DNA from: an uncultured delta proteobacterium | GTDB lineage: Bacteria > Desulfobacterota > Desulfobaccia > Desulfobaccales > 0-14-0-80-60-11 | DNA: 64,000 bases | Reading direction: 5' to 3' | Assembly (NCBI GenBank): GCA_963812015.1 | Contig: CAWETI010000002.1 | Coordinates: 224,001 to 288,000 of the forward strand | Shown: piece after piece, positions 29,868 through 40,455 of the stretch | How positions within the stretch are numbered: the first letter of the stretch is position 1 | Layout: each line of letters begins with the position of its first letter | Notes under the pieces: generated by a model | What the model saw: only the letters and a program-made list of their open reading frames with translations | What the model was told of the DNA's origin: nothing | Databases searched by the model: none | Translations under genes and position numbers: made by a program

Positions 29868-30790
29868 AACGAGTCTCCTGCAGACCGCGGCATATCGCGA
29901 TGGCTAAGGGTGAACGGATAATTTTCCTGGTTCAGATGGTCCGCCAGGACGTTGGCGATGACCACCGACCGGTGCTGGCCTCCGGTGCAGCCGATGGCCA
30001 GGGTGAGATGGGTTTTGCCTTCTTCCTGGTAGTGGGGCAGCAAAAAATCCACAAACCTGAACAGGTGGTCGAGAAAGGCCCTGGTGTCGGGTTGCTCCAG
30101 GACATACTTCCGGACCCCGGGATTTTCTCCGGTCAGGGGCTGCAATTCCTCCACAAAGAATGGGTTGGGCAGGAACCGCACATCCAGCACCATGTCGGCT
30201 TCCGGGGGGATGCCCTTCTTGTAGGCAAACGAGATGAGATGCAGCCACATCCGCTGGCGAGGCAACAACTCGGAGTATTCTTCCTTGATGAGCTCCCGCA
30301 GTTGATGCGGGTTGTAGTGGGAGCTGTCGATGATCCGGTGGGCCAGCCGGCGCAAGCCCGCCAGGGAGTCGCGTTCCTGGCGCAGGGCCTGGATGATGGT
30401 GTCATGGTCCGCCAGGGGGTGCTGGCGTCGGGTCTGGCTGAAACGGCGGATTAAGGTGGCTTCATCCGCCTCCAGAAAGATGATGTGGAGGTGGTAGCCC
30501 TGGCTTTCCAGACTGCCGAAGACCTGGGCGTAATTCTGCAAAAACCCTTCGGTGCGCACATCCATGACCAGGGCGATCTTGCGCCCGGCTTGAACGGCCT
30601 CAGACTGCATCTGCAGGAAGGGGGGGAGCAGGCTCAGGGGCAGGTTGTCGACGCAAAAATAGCCGATATCTTCCAGGGCGCGCAGCACCGTGCTCTTCCC
30701 GGAACCGGACAGCCCCGTGAGGATGAGAATGGAAAAAGGAAAAGGGGTTTGGGGGTTCGATTCCGGGTGCTGATCTGATGCATGCGCCAT
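29864..30790 (-). CDS. rapZ: RNase adapter RapZ (YvcJ family)
   Basis: TGLSGSGKS, CVDNLP, DVRFLPNP, GCTGGQHRSV. Confidence 0.95.
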   Translation of the reverse strand: MAHASDQHPESNPQTPFPFSILILTGLSGSGKSTVLRALEDIGYFCVDNLPLSLLPPFLQMQSEAVQAGRKIALVMDVRTEGFLQNYAQVFGSLESQGYHLHIIFLEADEATLIRRFSQTRRQHPLADHDTIIQALRQERDSLAGLRRLAHRIIDSSHYNPHQLRELIKEEYSELLPRQRMWLHLISFAYKKGIPPEADMVLDVRFLPNPFFVEELQPLTGENPGVRKYVLEQPDTRAFLDHLFRFVDFLLPHYQEEGKTHLTLAIGCTGGQHRSVVIANVLADHLNQENYPFTLSHRDMPRSAGDSL

Positions 30791-30864
30791 CTTTGCCGTT
30801 TCTCGTGAGCGTGAGCGGCTGATCCGTCTGCCGTCATCATACGCTGAGATTATCCGGACCTTGC

Positions 30865-31326
30865 TTAAAATTCCGCGTCTCGTTCGGCAATCAAGCGGTA
30901 AATCTCTTCGGCCCCCTCGGCCTTCAAGAGATGATCCCGAAACGGCTGACTCATGAGCATCCGGGAAATCTTGGCCAGGGCCTTGAGATGAAGACCGGCA
31001 GAATTAACCGGGGCAAGCAGCATGAAAAAGAGATGCGACGGCTTGCCATCCATGGAGTCGAAGTCAACCCCTTTGACACTCCGGCCGAAACACAGCATGA
31101 GCCGGGAGAGCTGCGCCAGTTTGCCGTGGGGTATGGCGATATTATCGCCGATGCCGGTGCTTCCGAGGCGCTCCCGGTCCAGCAGCACCTCCATCACGGA
31201 TTGGAGCGAGAGTCCATCGGGCCCTGGCGCCAGGGTCTTGGCCAGCTCTTCAAGAACTCCCTTTTTATTGGTGGCCTGCAAATTGGCCAAAATACAATTT
31301 GGGGCCAGAAGATCGATAATTTTCAT
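30865..31326 (-). CDS. ptsN: PTS EIIA(Ntr)-type protein
   Basis: RERLGSTGIG..IAIPHG, FDSMDGKP, HLKALA; position in the rpoN cluster. Confidence 0.9.
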   Translation of the reverse strand: MKIIDLLAPNCILANLQATNKKGVLEELAKTLAPGPDGLSLQSVMEVLLDRERLGSTGIGDNIAIPHGKLAQLSRLMLCFGRSVKGVDFDSMDGKPSHLFFMLLAPVNSAGLHLKALAKISRMLMSQPFRDHLLKAEGAEEIYRLIAERDAEF

Positions 31327-31344
31327 GCCGTTCCCTAAAACCCT

Positions 31345-31872
31345 CTATCCCAGGTCGGGTTCGGCCAGGACATAGTTGCCGTCCTGGCGTCGATATAAGA
31401 TGTTCAAACTGCCGCTGGCCACGTCGGTGAAGACCAGCAGGTCATCTTTGCCGCCTTGCATCAGTTCCAGCGCGTCGGTGAGTTGCAGGGCCGGCACCTC
31501 CACCCGCTTACGCCGCAGGGCCGGCAAGGCCGGGGTTTCATCCGGTGCGGCCGCCACCGGGGCCGCCGATCGGCTCCGGTCGCCCTTGGCGCTCCGCATT
31601 TTGTCCCGAAACTTTTTCAACTGCATATCGATCTTGTCCATCACCAGATCGATAGCCGCGTACATGTCGGTGTTCTCTTCCTTGCCTTTAATGATCCGGC
31701 CATTGTTGTCGATCGTGACGTCCGCCAGATGACGAAATTTTGCCAGCCCCAAAACCACGTGGGCTTCCACCGGCCCGTCCAGATACCGCGTGAATTTATT
31801 TAACCGGTCAGTCACGTAATTTTTCAAGGCCTCAGTGGGTTCAAGCTGTCTAAAAGTTACGGAAATTTGCAT
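31345..31872 (-). CDS. hpf: Ribosome hibernation promoting factor (long form)
   Basis: MQISVTFRQ, DMYAAID..K..QL; C-terminal NILYRRQDG. Confidence 0.92.
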   Translation of the reverse strand: MQISVTFRQLEPTEALKNYVTDRLNKFTRYLDGPVEAHVVLGLAKFRHLADVTIDNNGRIIKGKEENTDMYAAIDLVMDKIDMQLKKFRDKMRSAKGDRSRSAAPVAAAPDETPALPALRRKRVEVPALQLTDALELMQGGKDDLLVFTDVASGSLNILYRRQDGNYVLAEPDLG

Positions 31873-31914
31873 TATTGCCTCCCAAAGGGTTGGACTCCCA
31901 GCAAAGCCGGGATA

Positions 31915-33405
31915 TCAAGCAGCGTGATTTTCTGGCGAGCTCTTGCGTCGGTACCCGGGTCTCTTGCGTTTACTGGAGGGAAGCACCCCCAGCATGCCGC
32001 GATATTTGGCCACGGTGCGCCGGGCAATGATCACGTCCTGGCGGCGCAGCAGATCGGCAATCTCCTGATCGCTCAAGGGGTTCTCCGGATTTTCGGAACT
32101 GACCATCTGCCGGATCTTTTCCTTGACGCTCTCCGAGGCGATCTGTTCCCCCAAGGACATGTTGATGGCGCTGTTGAAGAAGAACTTGAGGTCAAAGACG
32201 CCCTGGGGGGTGTACACATACTTGTTGGTGGTTACCCGGCTGATGGTGGATTCGTGCATCTGGACATCTTCCGCTACCTGGCGCAGGGTCAGGGGTTTCA
32301 GGTGGGACAGGCCATGGTCCAGAAAATCCCGCTGGAATCGTACAATGCTTTCGGTCACCCGGTGCAGGGTCTTTTGCCGCTGGTGGATGCTGCGAATAAA
32401 CCACAGGGCGTTATCCAGGTGCTTTTGAATATAACTCCTGACCGAGTCCGGGAGTTTATCGGGGCCTCGCATGGCTTCCAGGTAAAAGGAGTTAACCCGC
32501 AGCTTGGGCAGGCCGTCATCGTTCAGGCGGATCACATAATCGTTCCCCACCTTTTCCACGTGGACGTCGGGGCTGATATAGTCCGCATCTTCATTGTCGA
32601 AGCCCCGACCAGGCTTGGGTTCCAGGGTGGCGATGAGATCGCCGGCCTCCACCACCTTCTCGATGGGCACTTTCAGGTCCCGGGCGATGGCGTGATAGTT
32701 GCGGTTGCCCAGATTGGACAGGTGTCGGTCGATAATATCCAGTACCAGGGAATCCTGAACTCCCAGGATTTTGAGCTGCAACTGCAGGCATTCTTTCAGG
32801 TTCCGGGCGCCCACCCCCGGCGGGTCGAAGCCCTGGATGATCTCCAGGACCTGCTCAACCCGAGCCGGCTCGACCCTCATCTCACCGGCGATCTCCTCGG
32901 TCGTGGACCGGAGATACCCGTCTTTGTCCAGGTTGCCGATGATCATCACCCCGATGTTATCGCCTTCCTCATCCAGTTCGGCCATCCGCAACTGCCAGAC
33001 GAGGTGGGATTTCAGGGTGGTCTTTTGCGCATTCATGGACTCAAAGGGCAGGGCTTCCCGCTCTTCGTACTCACCCATGGGGGCCGGCATGAGCCGATCC
33101 TTCAGGAAGCTGTCCCAATCCCACTCTTCCGTGGCCGATTTGGCCGCCCCGTCGGCGTTGCCTTCCTCCGGTGACGACTCACTGCCATTGGAAAAATTTC
33201 CCAGCTCTAACCCTTCTCCTTCCGGTACCTTCTCTTCTTCTTCAAACTGATCATCTTCCAGGACCGGGTTGGCTTCCAGGGCCTGGGTTATTTCGCCTAC
33301 CAGCTCCATCCGGGAAAGTTGCAGCAGCTTGATAGCTTGCTGCAATTTCTGGGTCATGATGAGAGATTGGGTAAGCTTTAAATTTTGTCTGATTTCTAAG
33401 GCCAT
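31915..33405 (-). CDS. rpoN: RNA polymerase sigma-54 factor
   Basis: LQQAIKLLQL, HESTISR, RpoN box ARRTVAKYR. Confidence 0.98.
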   Translation of the reverse strand: MALEIRQNLKLTQSLIMTQKLQQAIKLLQLSRMELVGEITQALEANPVLEDDQFEEEEKVPEGEGLELGNFSNGSESSPEEGNADGAAKSATEEWDWDSFLKDRLMPAPMGEYEEREALPFESMNAQKTTLKSHLVWQLRMAELDEEGDNIGVMIIGNLDKDGYLRSTTEEIAGEMRVEPARVEQVLEIIQGFDPPGVGARNLKECLQLQLKILGVQDSLVLDIIDRHLSNLGNRNYHAIARDLKVPIEKVVEAGDLIATLEPKPGRGFDNEDADYISPDVHVEKVGNDYVIRLNDDGLPKLRVNSFYLEAMRGPDKLPDSVRSYIQKHLDNALWFIRSIHQRQKTLHRVTESIVRFQRDFLDHGLSHLKPLTLRQVAEDVQMHESTISRVTTNKYVYTPQGVFDLKFFFNSAINMSLGEQIASESVKEKIRQMVSSENPENPLSDQEIADLLRRQDVIIARRTVAKYRGMLGVLPSSKRKRPGYRRKSSPENHAA

Positions 33406-33470
33406 CGGCTCGTCTTATAAAGAAATTCCACCCTTAGTCAAAACCCCACCGGTGGCGGGATCCGAAACTA

Positions 33471-34193
33471 TTATAACTTAAAGGTCTCTCCCAAGTAAAT
33501 TCTTTTGGCCAGCTCACTTTGGACCAGCTTCTCGGGGGGGCCTTCCTCCAGGATCACGCCTTCATTGAGGATATAGGCCCGATCGCAGACTCCCAGGGCC
33601 TCCCGGACGTTGTGGTCCGAGATGAGCACGCCCAGGTCGCGATTTTTCAAGTCCCGAATAATATTTTGAATATCGCTCACCGCCAGGGGGTCGATGCCGG
33701 CAAAAGGCTCATCCAGGATGATAAAGTGGGGGGCGGTGACCAGGGCCCGGGTAATCTCCACCCGGCGCCGCTCGCCCCCGGACAGGGCCGCAGCCTTTTG
33801 CTGGGCCAGATGGGAAATCCGCAATTCGGCCAGCAGCTTTTTGAGGCGCTCCTGCCGCACCTGGGGGTCCGGTTCCAAGGTTTCCAGGATGGCCATGATA
33901 TTCTCGGCCACCGTGAGCTTCCGGAAGACCGAAGGCTCCTGGGGCAGGTATTGCAACCCCAACCGGGCCCGCCGGTAAATGGGCAAAAGGGAAATGTCCT
34001 CGCCGTCCAGGTAAATCTTGCCGCCGTCGGGTTGCAGCAGCCCCAACACCATGAAAAAGGTGCTGGTCTTGCCGGCCCCATTGGGCCCCAGGAGTCCCAC
34101 CACCTCGCCGCTCTTCACTTCCATGGACACGTCGTCCACCACCTTGCGGCCGGCATAGCTCTTGGTCAAAGCTTGCAGGGTTAGGCGATGCAT
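33471..34193 (-). CDS. lptB: LPS export ABC transporter ATP-binding protein
   Basis: GPNGAGKT, YLPQEPSVFRKL, LSGGERRRVEI, DEPFAGIDP. Confidence 0.96.
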   Translation of the reverse strand: MHRLTLQALTKSYAGRKVVDDVSMEVKSGEVVGLLGPNGAGKTSTFFMVLGLLQPDGGKIYLDGEDISLLPIYRRARLGLQYLPQEPSVFRKLTVAENIMAILETLEPDPQVRQERLKKLLAELRISHLAQQKAAALSGGERRRVEITRALVTAPHFIILDEPFAGIDPLAVSDIQNIIRDLKNRDLGVLISDHNVREALGVCDRAYILNEGVILEEGPPEKLVQSELAKRIYLGETFKL

Positions 34194-34196
34194 ATC

Positions 34197-34853
34197 CTAA
34201 GGCTGGCTGCCCTTGGGGGCTTTGGGGGCTTTAGGGGCTTTAGGGGCTTTAGGGCTGATAGGCAGGCCGGCTTTGCCTTCGGAACTCCCCTGGGAATAGA
34301 GGAAGGCTTCCACCCGGCGCTGGGGCGAGCTTTCCACCAACACCTTGTCGGTCTTGAGATTATAGATGATCCGCTCCCCTTTCAGGGTATTTTCGGCCCG
34401 CCAGACCTGGGGGTTGCCCAGGAGCACCACCTCATCCCGGTTCTTGTAATAGATGGCTTCATCCCCGGTGGCCACCCGGTCCTCCTGGACAAGGTGCACG
34501 TTGCCTTTGGCCACAATATGGTCGATCTTCTCGGCCCCCACATCCCCCAGGAGGGATTGCTCCGCCTTTTCCTGGGGCGGCGTGGCGGCCCCCTTGGGCG
34601 GCTCCGGTTTGGCCATAAGATAGATCCGCAGTTGGTCGGAGTACAAGGTGGCGTCGCCGTGCACCGCCTTTACCTGGCCGGTAAAGATGATGATCCCGGC
34701 TTGCTGGTCCGCCTCCATGCGGGCGGCGGTGATCCGCAGGGGGACGTCCTCTCCCGGGCCTGGCTTTTTGGGAGCGGCGGCGTAAGCCAGGGGCGAACCG
34801 GACGAGAACAGGACCAGGAGCCCGATAAGGATTAAGAACCACCGGGGTCTCAC
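34197..34853 (-). CDS. lptA: LPS transport periplasmic protein LptA
   Basis: Signal peptide, ITAARME, AKGNV, LKGERIIY; GTG start overlaps the lptC stop; C-terminal PKA repeats. Confidence 0.88.
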   Translation of the reverse strand: MRPRWFLILIGLLVLFSSGSPLAYAAAPKKPGPGEDVPLRITAARMEADQQAGIIIFTGQVKAVHGDATLYSDQLRIYLMAKPEPPKGAATPPQEKAEQSLLGDVGAEKIDHIVAKGNVHLVQEDRVATGDEAIYYKNRDEVVLLGNPQVWRAENTLKGERIIYNLKTDKVLVESSPQRRVEAFLYSQGSSEGKAGLPISPKAPKAPKAPKAPKGSQP

Positions 34854-35437
34854 GGTTTCCCCTTCAAATCCTGGAGCCACACCTCGGTGAGGTGGTGTTG
34901 GGCTATAACCATCTTCTTGACGGCCAGTTCCACCCGCATGTCCTTGCCCTCCACCTTGAGTCCCGGTTCGATTATCACCACATCCTCGGGAGCGAGCAAG
35001 ACCCGCTCCTCGGGTAAATAGGTGGCCTCACTGGTTTGGATAGTCAGGTTGCCGCGCTTCATCTCCACCTGCCCCTTCAGGGTCAAGACCCGGGTCTTGG
35101 TGTTAAACAGCCCTGTATCGCCTTTGACCCGAATGTCTTCGCCGGGGCTGAAGAATTCCACCTGGACGCTAACGAGGCTGATCGTATCCTGGTCCGGGTG
35201 AAAATCCGCCTTTTTGGCATCCAAGACCCAGGTTTTATCTCCTTCATGAATCTCGGTGAGGGAAAGGGTCTCCATCCGGGGTTGCTGAACCGGGGCCGCG
35301 GACTTGGGCGGCGGGGGTGATGGCCGGTGGCCCCAGAGCCCCCAGGCGCCCACTCCCATCAACACCGCCACCCCCAGCCACCAAGGCCACGAGGAGCGGA
35401 GCCAGCCTGACGGCCCGTGTGCCATCCTATTTTTCAT
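34850..35437 (-). CDS. lptC: LPS export protein LptC
   Basis: Single N-terminal TM followed by beta-rich domain; position upstream of lptA-lptB. Confidence 0.8.
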   Translation of the reverse strand: MKNRMAHGPSGWLRSSWPWWLGVAVLMGVGAWGLWGHRPSPPPPKSAAPVQQPRMETLSLTEIHEGDKTWVLDAKKADFHPDQDTISLVSVQVEFFSPGEDIRVKGDTGLFNTKTRVLTLKGQVEMKRGNLTIQTSEATYLPEERVLLAPEDVVIIEPGLKVEGKDMRVELAVKKMVIAQHHLTEVWLQDLKGKP

Positions 35438-35703
35438 GCCAAATTAATAGTTTTTTCCTTGAATTATATTAGGCTTGGGCATGCCTGTAAAGGCTATTCT
35501 GGCCGCGCCCGGGTTCTCCTGGAGCCCCCGGGGAGTTTACTGGGGAGTTCCGGGGCCCTGGAGAAGGAATCCAGGCTGGCAGAGGAAAAATCCTCCCATG
35601 GGGAAATAGGCTGTATGGTGGCGCCCGCCGGTTGACACGGGCCTTTAGGAGCCTTAATAGACTTAAGATGGATTTTCTGGATGGCGGCAGCGAGAGAGAA
35701 CCA

Positions 35704-36105
35704 ATGACAAAGTATCGGATTATGCTGGCGGATGATCATAGACTGTTTCGTGAAGGTATCAAGAGAATACTTCAGGACGACCCCAATCTCACCGTGATCG
35801 GCGAGGCCGCTGACGGCCTCGAACTCCTGGACCTCCTGGACGAAAAGACTCCGGATCTGGTTATCCTGGATATTTCTATGCCCAGGCTGCAGGGACTTGA
35901 GATAATCAAGGTGATTAAGGGACTCTATCCCGAAGTTAAAATATTGATCCTGACGATGCACAAGGGCAAGGATTACGTCTATAAAGCCATGAATAAGGGG
36001 GCCGATGGCTATGTGATCAAAGAAGACGCCGATGCCGTGCTGCGGTCGGCCATAGACACCCTCCGCCGCGGCGAAACTTTCATCTCCCCCCTCATTTTCG
36101 GTTAA
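35704..36105 (+). CDS. NarL-type receiver domain without output HTH
   Basis: IMLADDH..FREGI, ILDISMP, LTMH, GYVIK; ends at GETFISPLIFG. Confidence 0.88.
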   Translation: MTKYRIMLADDHRLFREGIKRILQDDPNLTVIGEAADGLELLDLLDEKTPDLVILDISMPRLQGLEIIKVIKGLYPEVKILILTMHKGKDYVYKAMNKGADGYVIKEDADAVLRSAIDTLRRGETFISPLIFG

Positions 36106-36167
36106 CCAAGCATCGCTCTTTTTCCCATCGACTCCGGGCTTCCCATCCCAGGGCGGGCCTGAAAGTC

Positions 36168-36722
36168 TTAATCGGCGTCCGGCTTCTGCCAGGGGCGCAG
36201 CAGTTCCTCCCAGGCGCCCTGGGCCTTGAGGAGCAGGTCGCAGACCTCCCGGACCGCGCCCTTCCCCCCCGGCAGGTTGGTGACCCAGTGGGCCGCGGCC
36301 CTGACCTCCGGCGCCGCATCCGCCACCGCCACCCCCAGCCCCACCCGGTGGAACAGGGGCAGATCCACTAATTCATCCCCCACCGCCGCCACCTGGGGCG
36401 GGGTCAGGTTTAGGGCCGCCAAAAGTTCCTCCAGGATGCTCACCTTGTCCCGAACGCCCTCGTAAAAGTGGCTGATGTCCAGCTCCCGGGCCCGATGAAA
36501 CGCGGCGTCGGACCGGCGGCCGCTCACCAGGGCCACCTCGAGCCCGCCCCGCTGGGCCATTTTGATGCCGTGGCCGTCCCGGACGTGGAAGACCTTGAGG
36601 GTCTCCCCCTTGGCATCGAAATAGAGGCGGCCGTCGGTGAGGACGCCGTCGATGTCCAGGATCAGCAGGCGGATGCGGCGCGCCCGGGCCCAGACGTCTT
36701 CCGGGTATTTGGGTAAGTCCAC
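36168..36722 (-). CDS. kdsC: KDO-8-phosphate phosphatase
   Basis: LDIDGVLTDG, FHVRDGHG, GDELVD, GGKGAVRE. Confidence 0.93.
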   Translation of the reverse strand: MDLPKYPEDVWARARRIRLLILDIDGVLTDGRLYFDAKGETLKVFHVRDGHGIKMAQRGGLEVALVSGRRSDAAFHRARELDISHFYEGVRDKVSILEELLAALNLTPPQVAAVGDELVDLPLFHRVGLGVAVADAAPEVRAAAHWVTNLPGGKGAVREVCDLLLKAQGAWEELLRPWQKPDAD

Positions 36723-36816
36723 GGCAAGGTCCTTTGCGATACGCTAAGGTGCTTAAAAATCCGGAGGTTTCAATCCCCCTTTTCTTTAGGGGGGAATTTG
36801 CCCACGGAACCCGGCA

Positions 36817-37644
36817 TCAGATTTTATCCTGCTCCCGGACCAGCCGGTGCAGCGCTTTCAGATGGCGCCACAGGGGCAGGACCTGGTCCAGAGGCAGGGA
36901 ATTGGGGCCGTCGCACCGGGCGTGCTCGGGGTCGGGGTGGACCTCCATGAACAGGGCGTCCACCCCCGCGGCCACCCCGGCCCGGGCCAGCAGGGGGATA
37001 TACTCCCGTTGGCCGCCGGAGCACGTGCCCTGCCCGCCGGGCAGCTGAACGCTGTGGGTCACGTCCAGGACCACGGGGCAGCCGAGGCCGCGCATAATGG
37101 GGAGGCTGCGGAAATCCACCACCAGGTTGTTGTAGCCGAACATGGCGCCCCGCTCGGTGAGCAGCACCCGGCGGTTGCCGCTGGCAAAAACCTTGTCCAC
37201 CACTGGCCCCAGGTCCCAGGGAGCCAGGAACTGGCCTTTTTTGATATTGACCACCTTGCCGGTGGCCGCCGCGGCTACCAGCAGGTCGGTCTGGCGGCAG
37301 AGAAAGGCCGGGATCTGCAAGACATCCAAAACCTTGGCCGCGGGTTCCACGTCCGCCACCTGATGGACGTCGGAGAGGACCGGCAGGCCCACTTCGTCCC
37401 GGACCCGGGCCAGGATTTCCAGACCCTTGGCCAGACCTGGACCTCTAAAGGAAGTGAGGGAGGTGCGGTTGGCTTTGTCGTAGGAGGCCTTGAAGATCAA
37501 GGGCAGGGCCAGCTCCCGGGCATAGTCCTTCAGGGTGCGGGCGATGCTCAGGGTGAGTTCGGCGGACTCGATGACGCAGGGCCCGGCGATCATGACCAGG
37601 TCGCCTGCGCCCACCAGAAAATCTCCGATCTTCACTTGGTGCAT
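36817..37644 (-). CDS. kdsA: KDO-8-phosphate synthase
   Basis: IAGPCVIE, KASYDKANRTS, PAFLCRQTD, KKGQF, CDGP. Confidence 0.97.
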   Translation of the reverse strand: MHQVKIGDFLVGAGDLVMIAGPCVIESAELTLSIARTLKDYARELALPLIFKASYDKANRTSLTSFRGPGLAKGLEILARVRDEVGLPVLSDVHQVADVEPAAKVLDVLQIPAFLCRQTDLLVAAAATGKVVNIKKGQFLAPWDLGPVVDKVFASGNRRVLLTERGAMFGYNNLVVDFRSLPIMRGLGCPVVLDVTHSVQLPGGQGTCSGGQREYIPLLARAGVAAGVDALFMEVHPDPEHARCDGPNSLPLDQVLPLWRHLKALHRLVREQDKI

Positions 37645-37660
37645 AGGTTCTTAACAAATT

Positions 37661-37780
37661 TGGGAGAGGGGGCCGGGGGCAAACAGCCACTTACAATCCC
37701 TCTCCCAAACCCTTACAGGGGGTTGGGAAGGGAGTTTGAGGGGAGGGAGAGGGGCACAGGCCCCACGGCCCTCCTCTCAA
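37661..37780. repeat. Family A element
   Basis: CCCTCTCCCAAACCCTTACAGGGGGTTGGGAAGGGAGTTTGAGGGGAGGG. Confidence 0.7.
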
Positions 37781-37790
37781 AAAAATCTTT

Positions 37791-39449
37791 CTAAATCTCC
37801 GTCCCCCCCTGGGGCAGGCTCAGTTTATATGCCAGGCAGGCCCGGATATAGTCCCGGAACAGGGGGTGGGGTTTCAGGGGCCGGGACTTGAATTCCGGGT
37901 GGAACTGGCACCCGAGGAACCAGGGATGGTCATGGAACTCGATGATTTCCACCAGCTCGCCGTTGGGGGAGGTGCCGGTGATGGCCAGGCCGGCGTTCTT
38001 CAGTTGCTCCCGGTAGTGGTTGTTGAACTCATAGCGGTGGCGGTGCCGTTCCATCGCGTTGACCTGGCCGTAGGCGACCCCGGCCAGGGAGCCCTCGCTG
38101 AGGACACAGGGGTAGCTCCCCAGGCGCATGGTGCCGCCTTTGTCCGCGGCCTGGTCCCGGCGGATAATGGCGTCCTGACGGTAATCATACCACTCCCGCA
38201 TCAGATAGATGACGGGATGTTCCGCCTCGGGGAGGAATTCTTCGCTGGTGGCCCCGGTGATGCCGGCCATATGGCGGGCAAATTCGATAACCGCCAACTG
38301 CATGCCGAAGCAGATGCCGAAGTAGGGCACTTTCTGTTCCCGGGCATAGCGGATGGCCAGGATCTTGCCTTCCACCCCCCGCACCCCAAAACCTCCGGGA
38401 ACCAGGATGCCGTGGAGGTGGCCCAGGAGACCTTCGGGGCCTTCCCGCTCCACTCTTTCCGAATCGATGTAGGTGAGGGCCACCTGGACTTCGTTGGCCA
38501 GGCCGCCGTGCACCAGGGCCTCGTGCAGGCTCTTGTACGACTCCCTGAGGTCCACGTACTTGCCCACGATCCCGATTTCCACCCGGTCTTTGGGATTTTT
38601 GATGCGGGTGACCAGCTCTTCCCAGACTTCCAGGCGGGGGGCCCGGGTCCAGATATTGAGGACCTCGATGAGGCGCTCATCCAGACCTTCCTGGTGCAGC
38701 AGCAGGGGAATCTCGTAGATGTTGTCCACATCCTGGGCGGTGATCACCGCGCCGGGCTCCACGTTGCAAAAGAGGGCGATCTTGGCCTTGATGTCCTGGC
38801 TGAGGAGTTTTTCGGTGCGGCAGAGAAGGATGTTGGGCTGGATGCCGATGGAGCGCAATTCCTTGACGCTGTGCTGGGTCGGTTTGGTCTTGACCTCGCC
38901 GGCGGTCTTGATGAAAGGCACCAGGGTCAGGTGAATATAGCAGACGTTCTCTTTGCCCAAATCCCCTTTGAGTTGGCGGATGGCCTCCAGGAAGGGCAGG
39001 CTCTCGATATCCCCCACGGTGCCGCCGATCTCGATGATGGCGACGTCCGCCGAGGGAGCGATCTTCATGATCAACCGCTTGATTTCGTCGGTGATGTGGG
39101 GGATGACCTGGACGGTGCCGCCTAAATAGTCCCCCCGGCGCTCCTTGGTAATGACGTTATAATAGATGCGGCCCGAGGTGAAGTTGTGCTCCTGCCCCAG
39201 GGTGACCGAGGTGTAGCGTTCGTAGTGCCCCAAATCCAGGTCGGTTTCGGCCCCGTCTTCGGTGACGTAGACCTCGCCGTGCTGGAACGGGTTCATGGTC
39301 CCGGGGTCCACATTGATATAGGGGTCCAGCTTTTGAAAGGTGACCCGGAGCCCCCGGGCCTCCAACAGGGCGCCAATGGCCGCGGCGGCCACGCCCTTGC
39401 CCAAGGAGGACAGCACCCCACCGGTGATGAAGATGATTTTTGTTTTCAC
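37791..39449 (-). CDS. pyrG: CTP synthase
   Basis: [35 protein letters not shown]; start set to GTG 39449. Confidence 0.97.
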   Translation of the reverse strand: MKTKIIFITGGVLSSLGKGVAAAAIGALLEARGLRVTFQKLDPYINVDPGTMNPFQHGEVYVTEDGAETDLDLGHYERYTSVTLGQEHNFTSGRIYYNVITKERRGDYLGGTVQVIPHITDEIKRLIMKIAPSADVAIIEIGGTVGDIESLPFLEAIRQLKGDLGKENVCYIHLTLVPFIKTAGEVKTKPTQHSVKELRSIGIQPNILLCRTEKLLSQDIKAKIALFCNVEPGAVITAQDVDNIYEIPLLLHQEGLDERLIEVLNIWTRAPRLEVWEELVTRIKNPKDRVEIGIVGKYVDLRESYKSLHEALVHGGLANEVQVALTYIDSERVEREGPEGLLGHLHGILVPGGFGVRGVEGKILAIRYAREQKVPYFGICFGMQLAVIEFARHMAGITGATSEEFLPEAEHPVIYLMREWYDYRQDAIIRRDQAADKGGTMRLGSYPCVLSEGSLAGVAYGQVNAMERHRHRYEFNNHYREQLKNAGLAITGTSPNGELVEIIEFHDHPWFLGCQFHPEFKSRPLKPHPLFRDYIRACLAYKLSLPQGGTEI

Positions 39450-39689
39450 AAGTCCTTTATTATACCCAGGCAAACCCAATGTCAAGGTGAAGTCTGGAGG
39501 GATGCGGCGGAAAACCAGGGGGTTAAATCAGAGAGCGGATTTTCGGGCCGACCGGGTTTAAGCGCCTCAACGCCCCAGCGCATCACGGTCCTCCCCCGGG
39601 GAATTTTCTTCCGGAAAACTCGCCCTCGTCCCTGGCCAGTGGACGGTTCCGGGGCGAGGGGCCAACCCAGGTTTTCCTGAAACGCAGCC

Positions 39690-39914
39690 TTAGTCGTAGG
39701 AAAAGGTGGGGCCGGTGGCAAAATCGATCAGGGAGGTGGCGATGATGATCCCGGCGGCGATGAGGAGCGCGAAGAGCAGGGGATAGATGATGAGGCGGTA
39801 CCGGGGATATCGCTTCAGGCTATCCCTCAGCCATCCCAGGGCCCGGGCAAACTCCTCGGAAAACAGGACCATGATCAGTAAAAAGCCGGCAAAAAACAGG
39901 ATTTCCCTGGTCAC
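39690..39914 (-). CDS. Small two-TM membrane protein of unknown function
   Basis: Two hydrophobic segments separated by a basic loop; codon usage looks like the host genes. Confidence 0.65.
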   Translation of the reverse strand: MTREILFFAGFLLIMVLFSEEFARALGWLRDSLKRYPRYRLIIYPLLFALLIAAGIIIATSLIDFATGPTFSYD

Positions 39915-40202
39915 ATTACCCCGGAAGCAATTTTGGGATGAGGCGGGAGGCTTGTCGGCCGCCGCCAGAGATTTTTGTACTCCCTGCCAGTTTTTTCTTA
40001 TTCACCCCTCACCCTGACCTCCTCCCGCCAGGGGAGAGGGGAATAACCGGCAAGAACTTTTGGCAATCGCTCTCTATGAGAAGTCAGGGCAGGCGCCCTC
40101 GCCTGCCCATGGACAGCTTCGTGGTGACCCCGAAGGTGTCATGGGACGTTGGTATGAACGGGTGAGTTTGGGACCGGGTCAGGGATCACGCCAGCGCACC
40201 GC

Positions 40203-40364
40203 TTATTTTGCCCTGACTTCTATCTTGTTCAAGCCCCAGGCTAATATTATCACTGCCAGCACGCCCAAGGCCAGGAAGGGATGCGCATTGGTCTGATAAT
40301 ACAGCCAGGACCACAACTGGTAACAAAGCATGGCAAATTTTTGCCAGATGGCATCTAATGCCAT
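40203..40364 (-). CDS. 53-aa membrane peptide (not in ORF track)
   Basis: GGAGG ribosome site; MALDAIWQKFAMLCYQLWSWLYYQTNAHPFLALGVLAVIILAWGLNKIEVRAK*. Confidence 0.65.
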   Translation of the reverse strand: MALDAIWQKFAMLCYQLWSWLYYQTNAHPFLALGVLAVIILAWGLNKIEVRAK

Positions 40365-40455
40365 AATAACCTCCGGTTAATGAGACCGTAGCCCCTAATT
40401 TTCATTATACCATATTTCTCGTCAGAGAGAACTCACGCCGGGACTCCCCCGGCCC

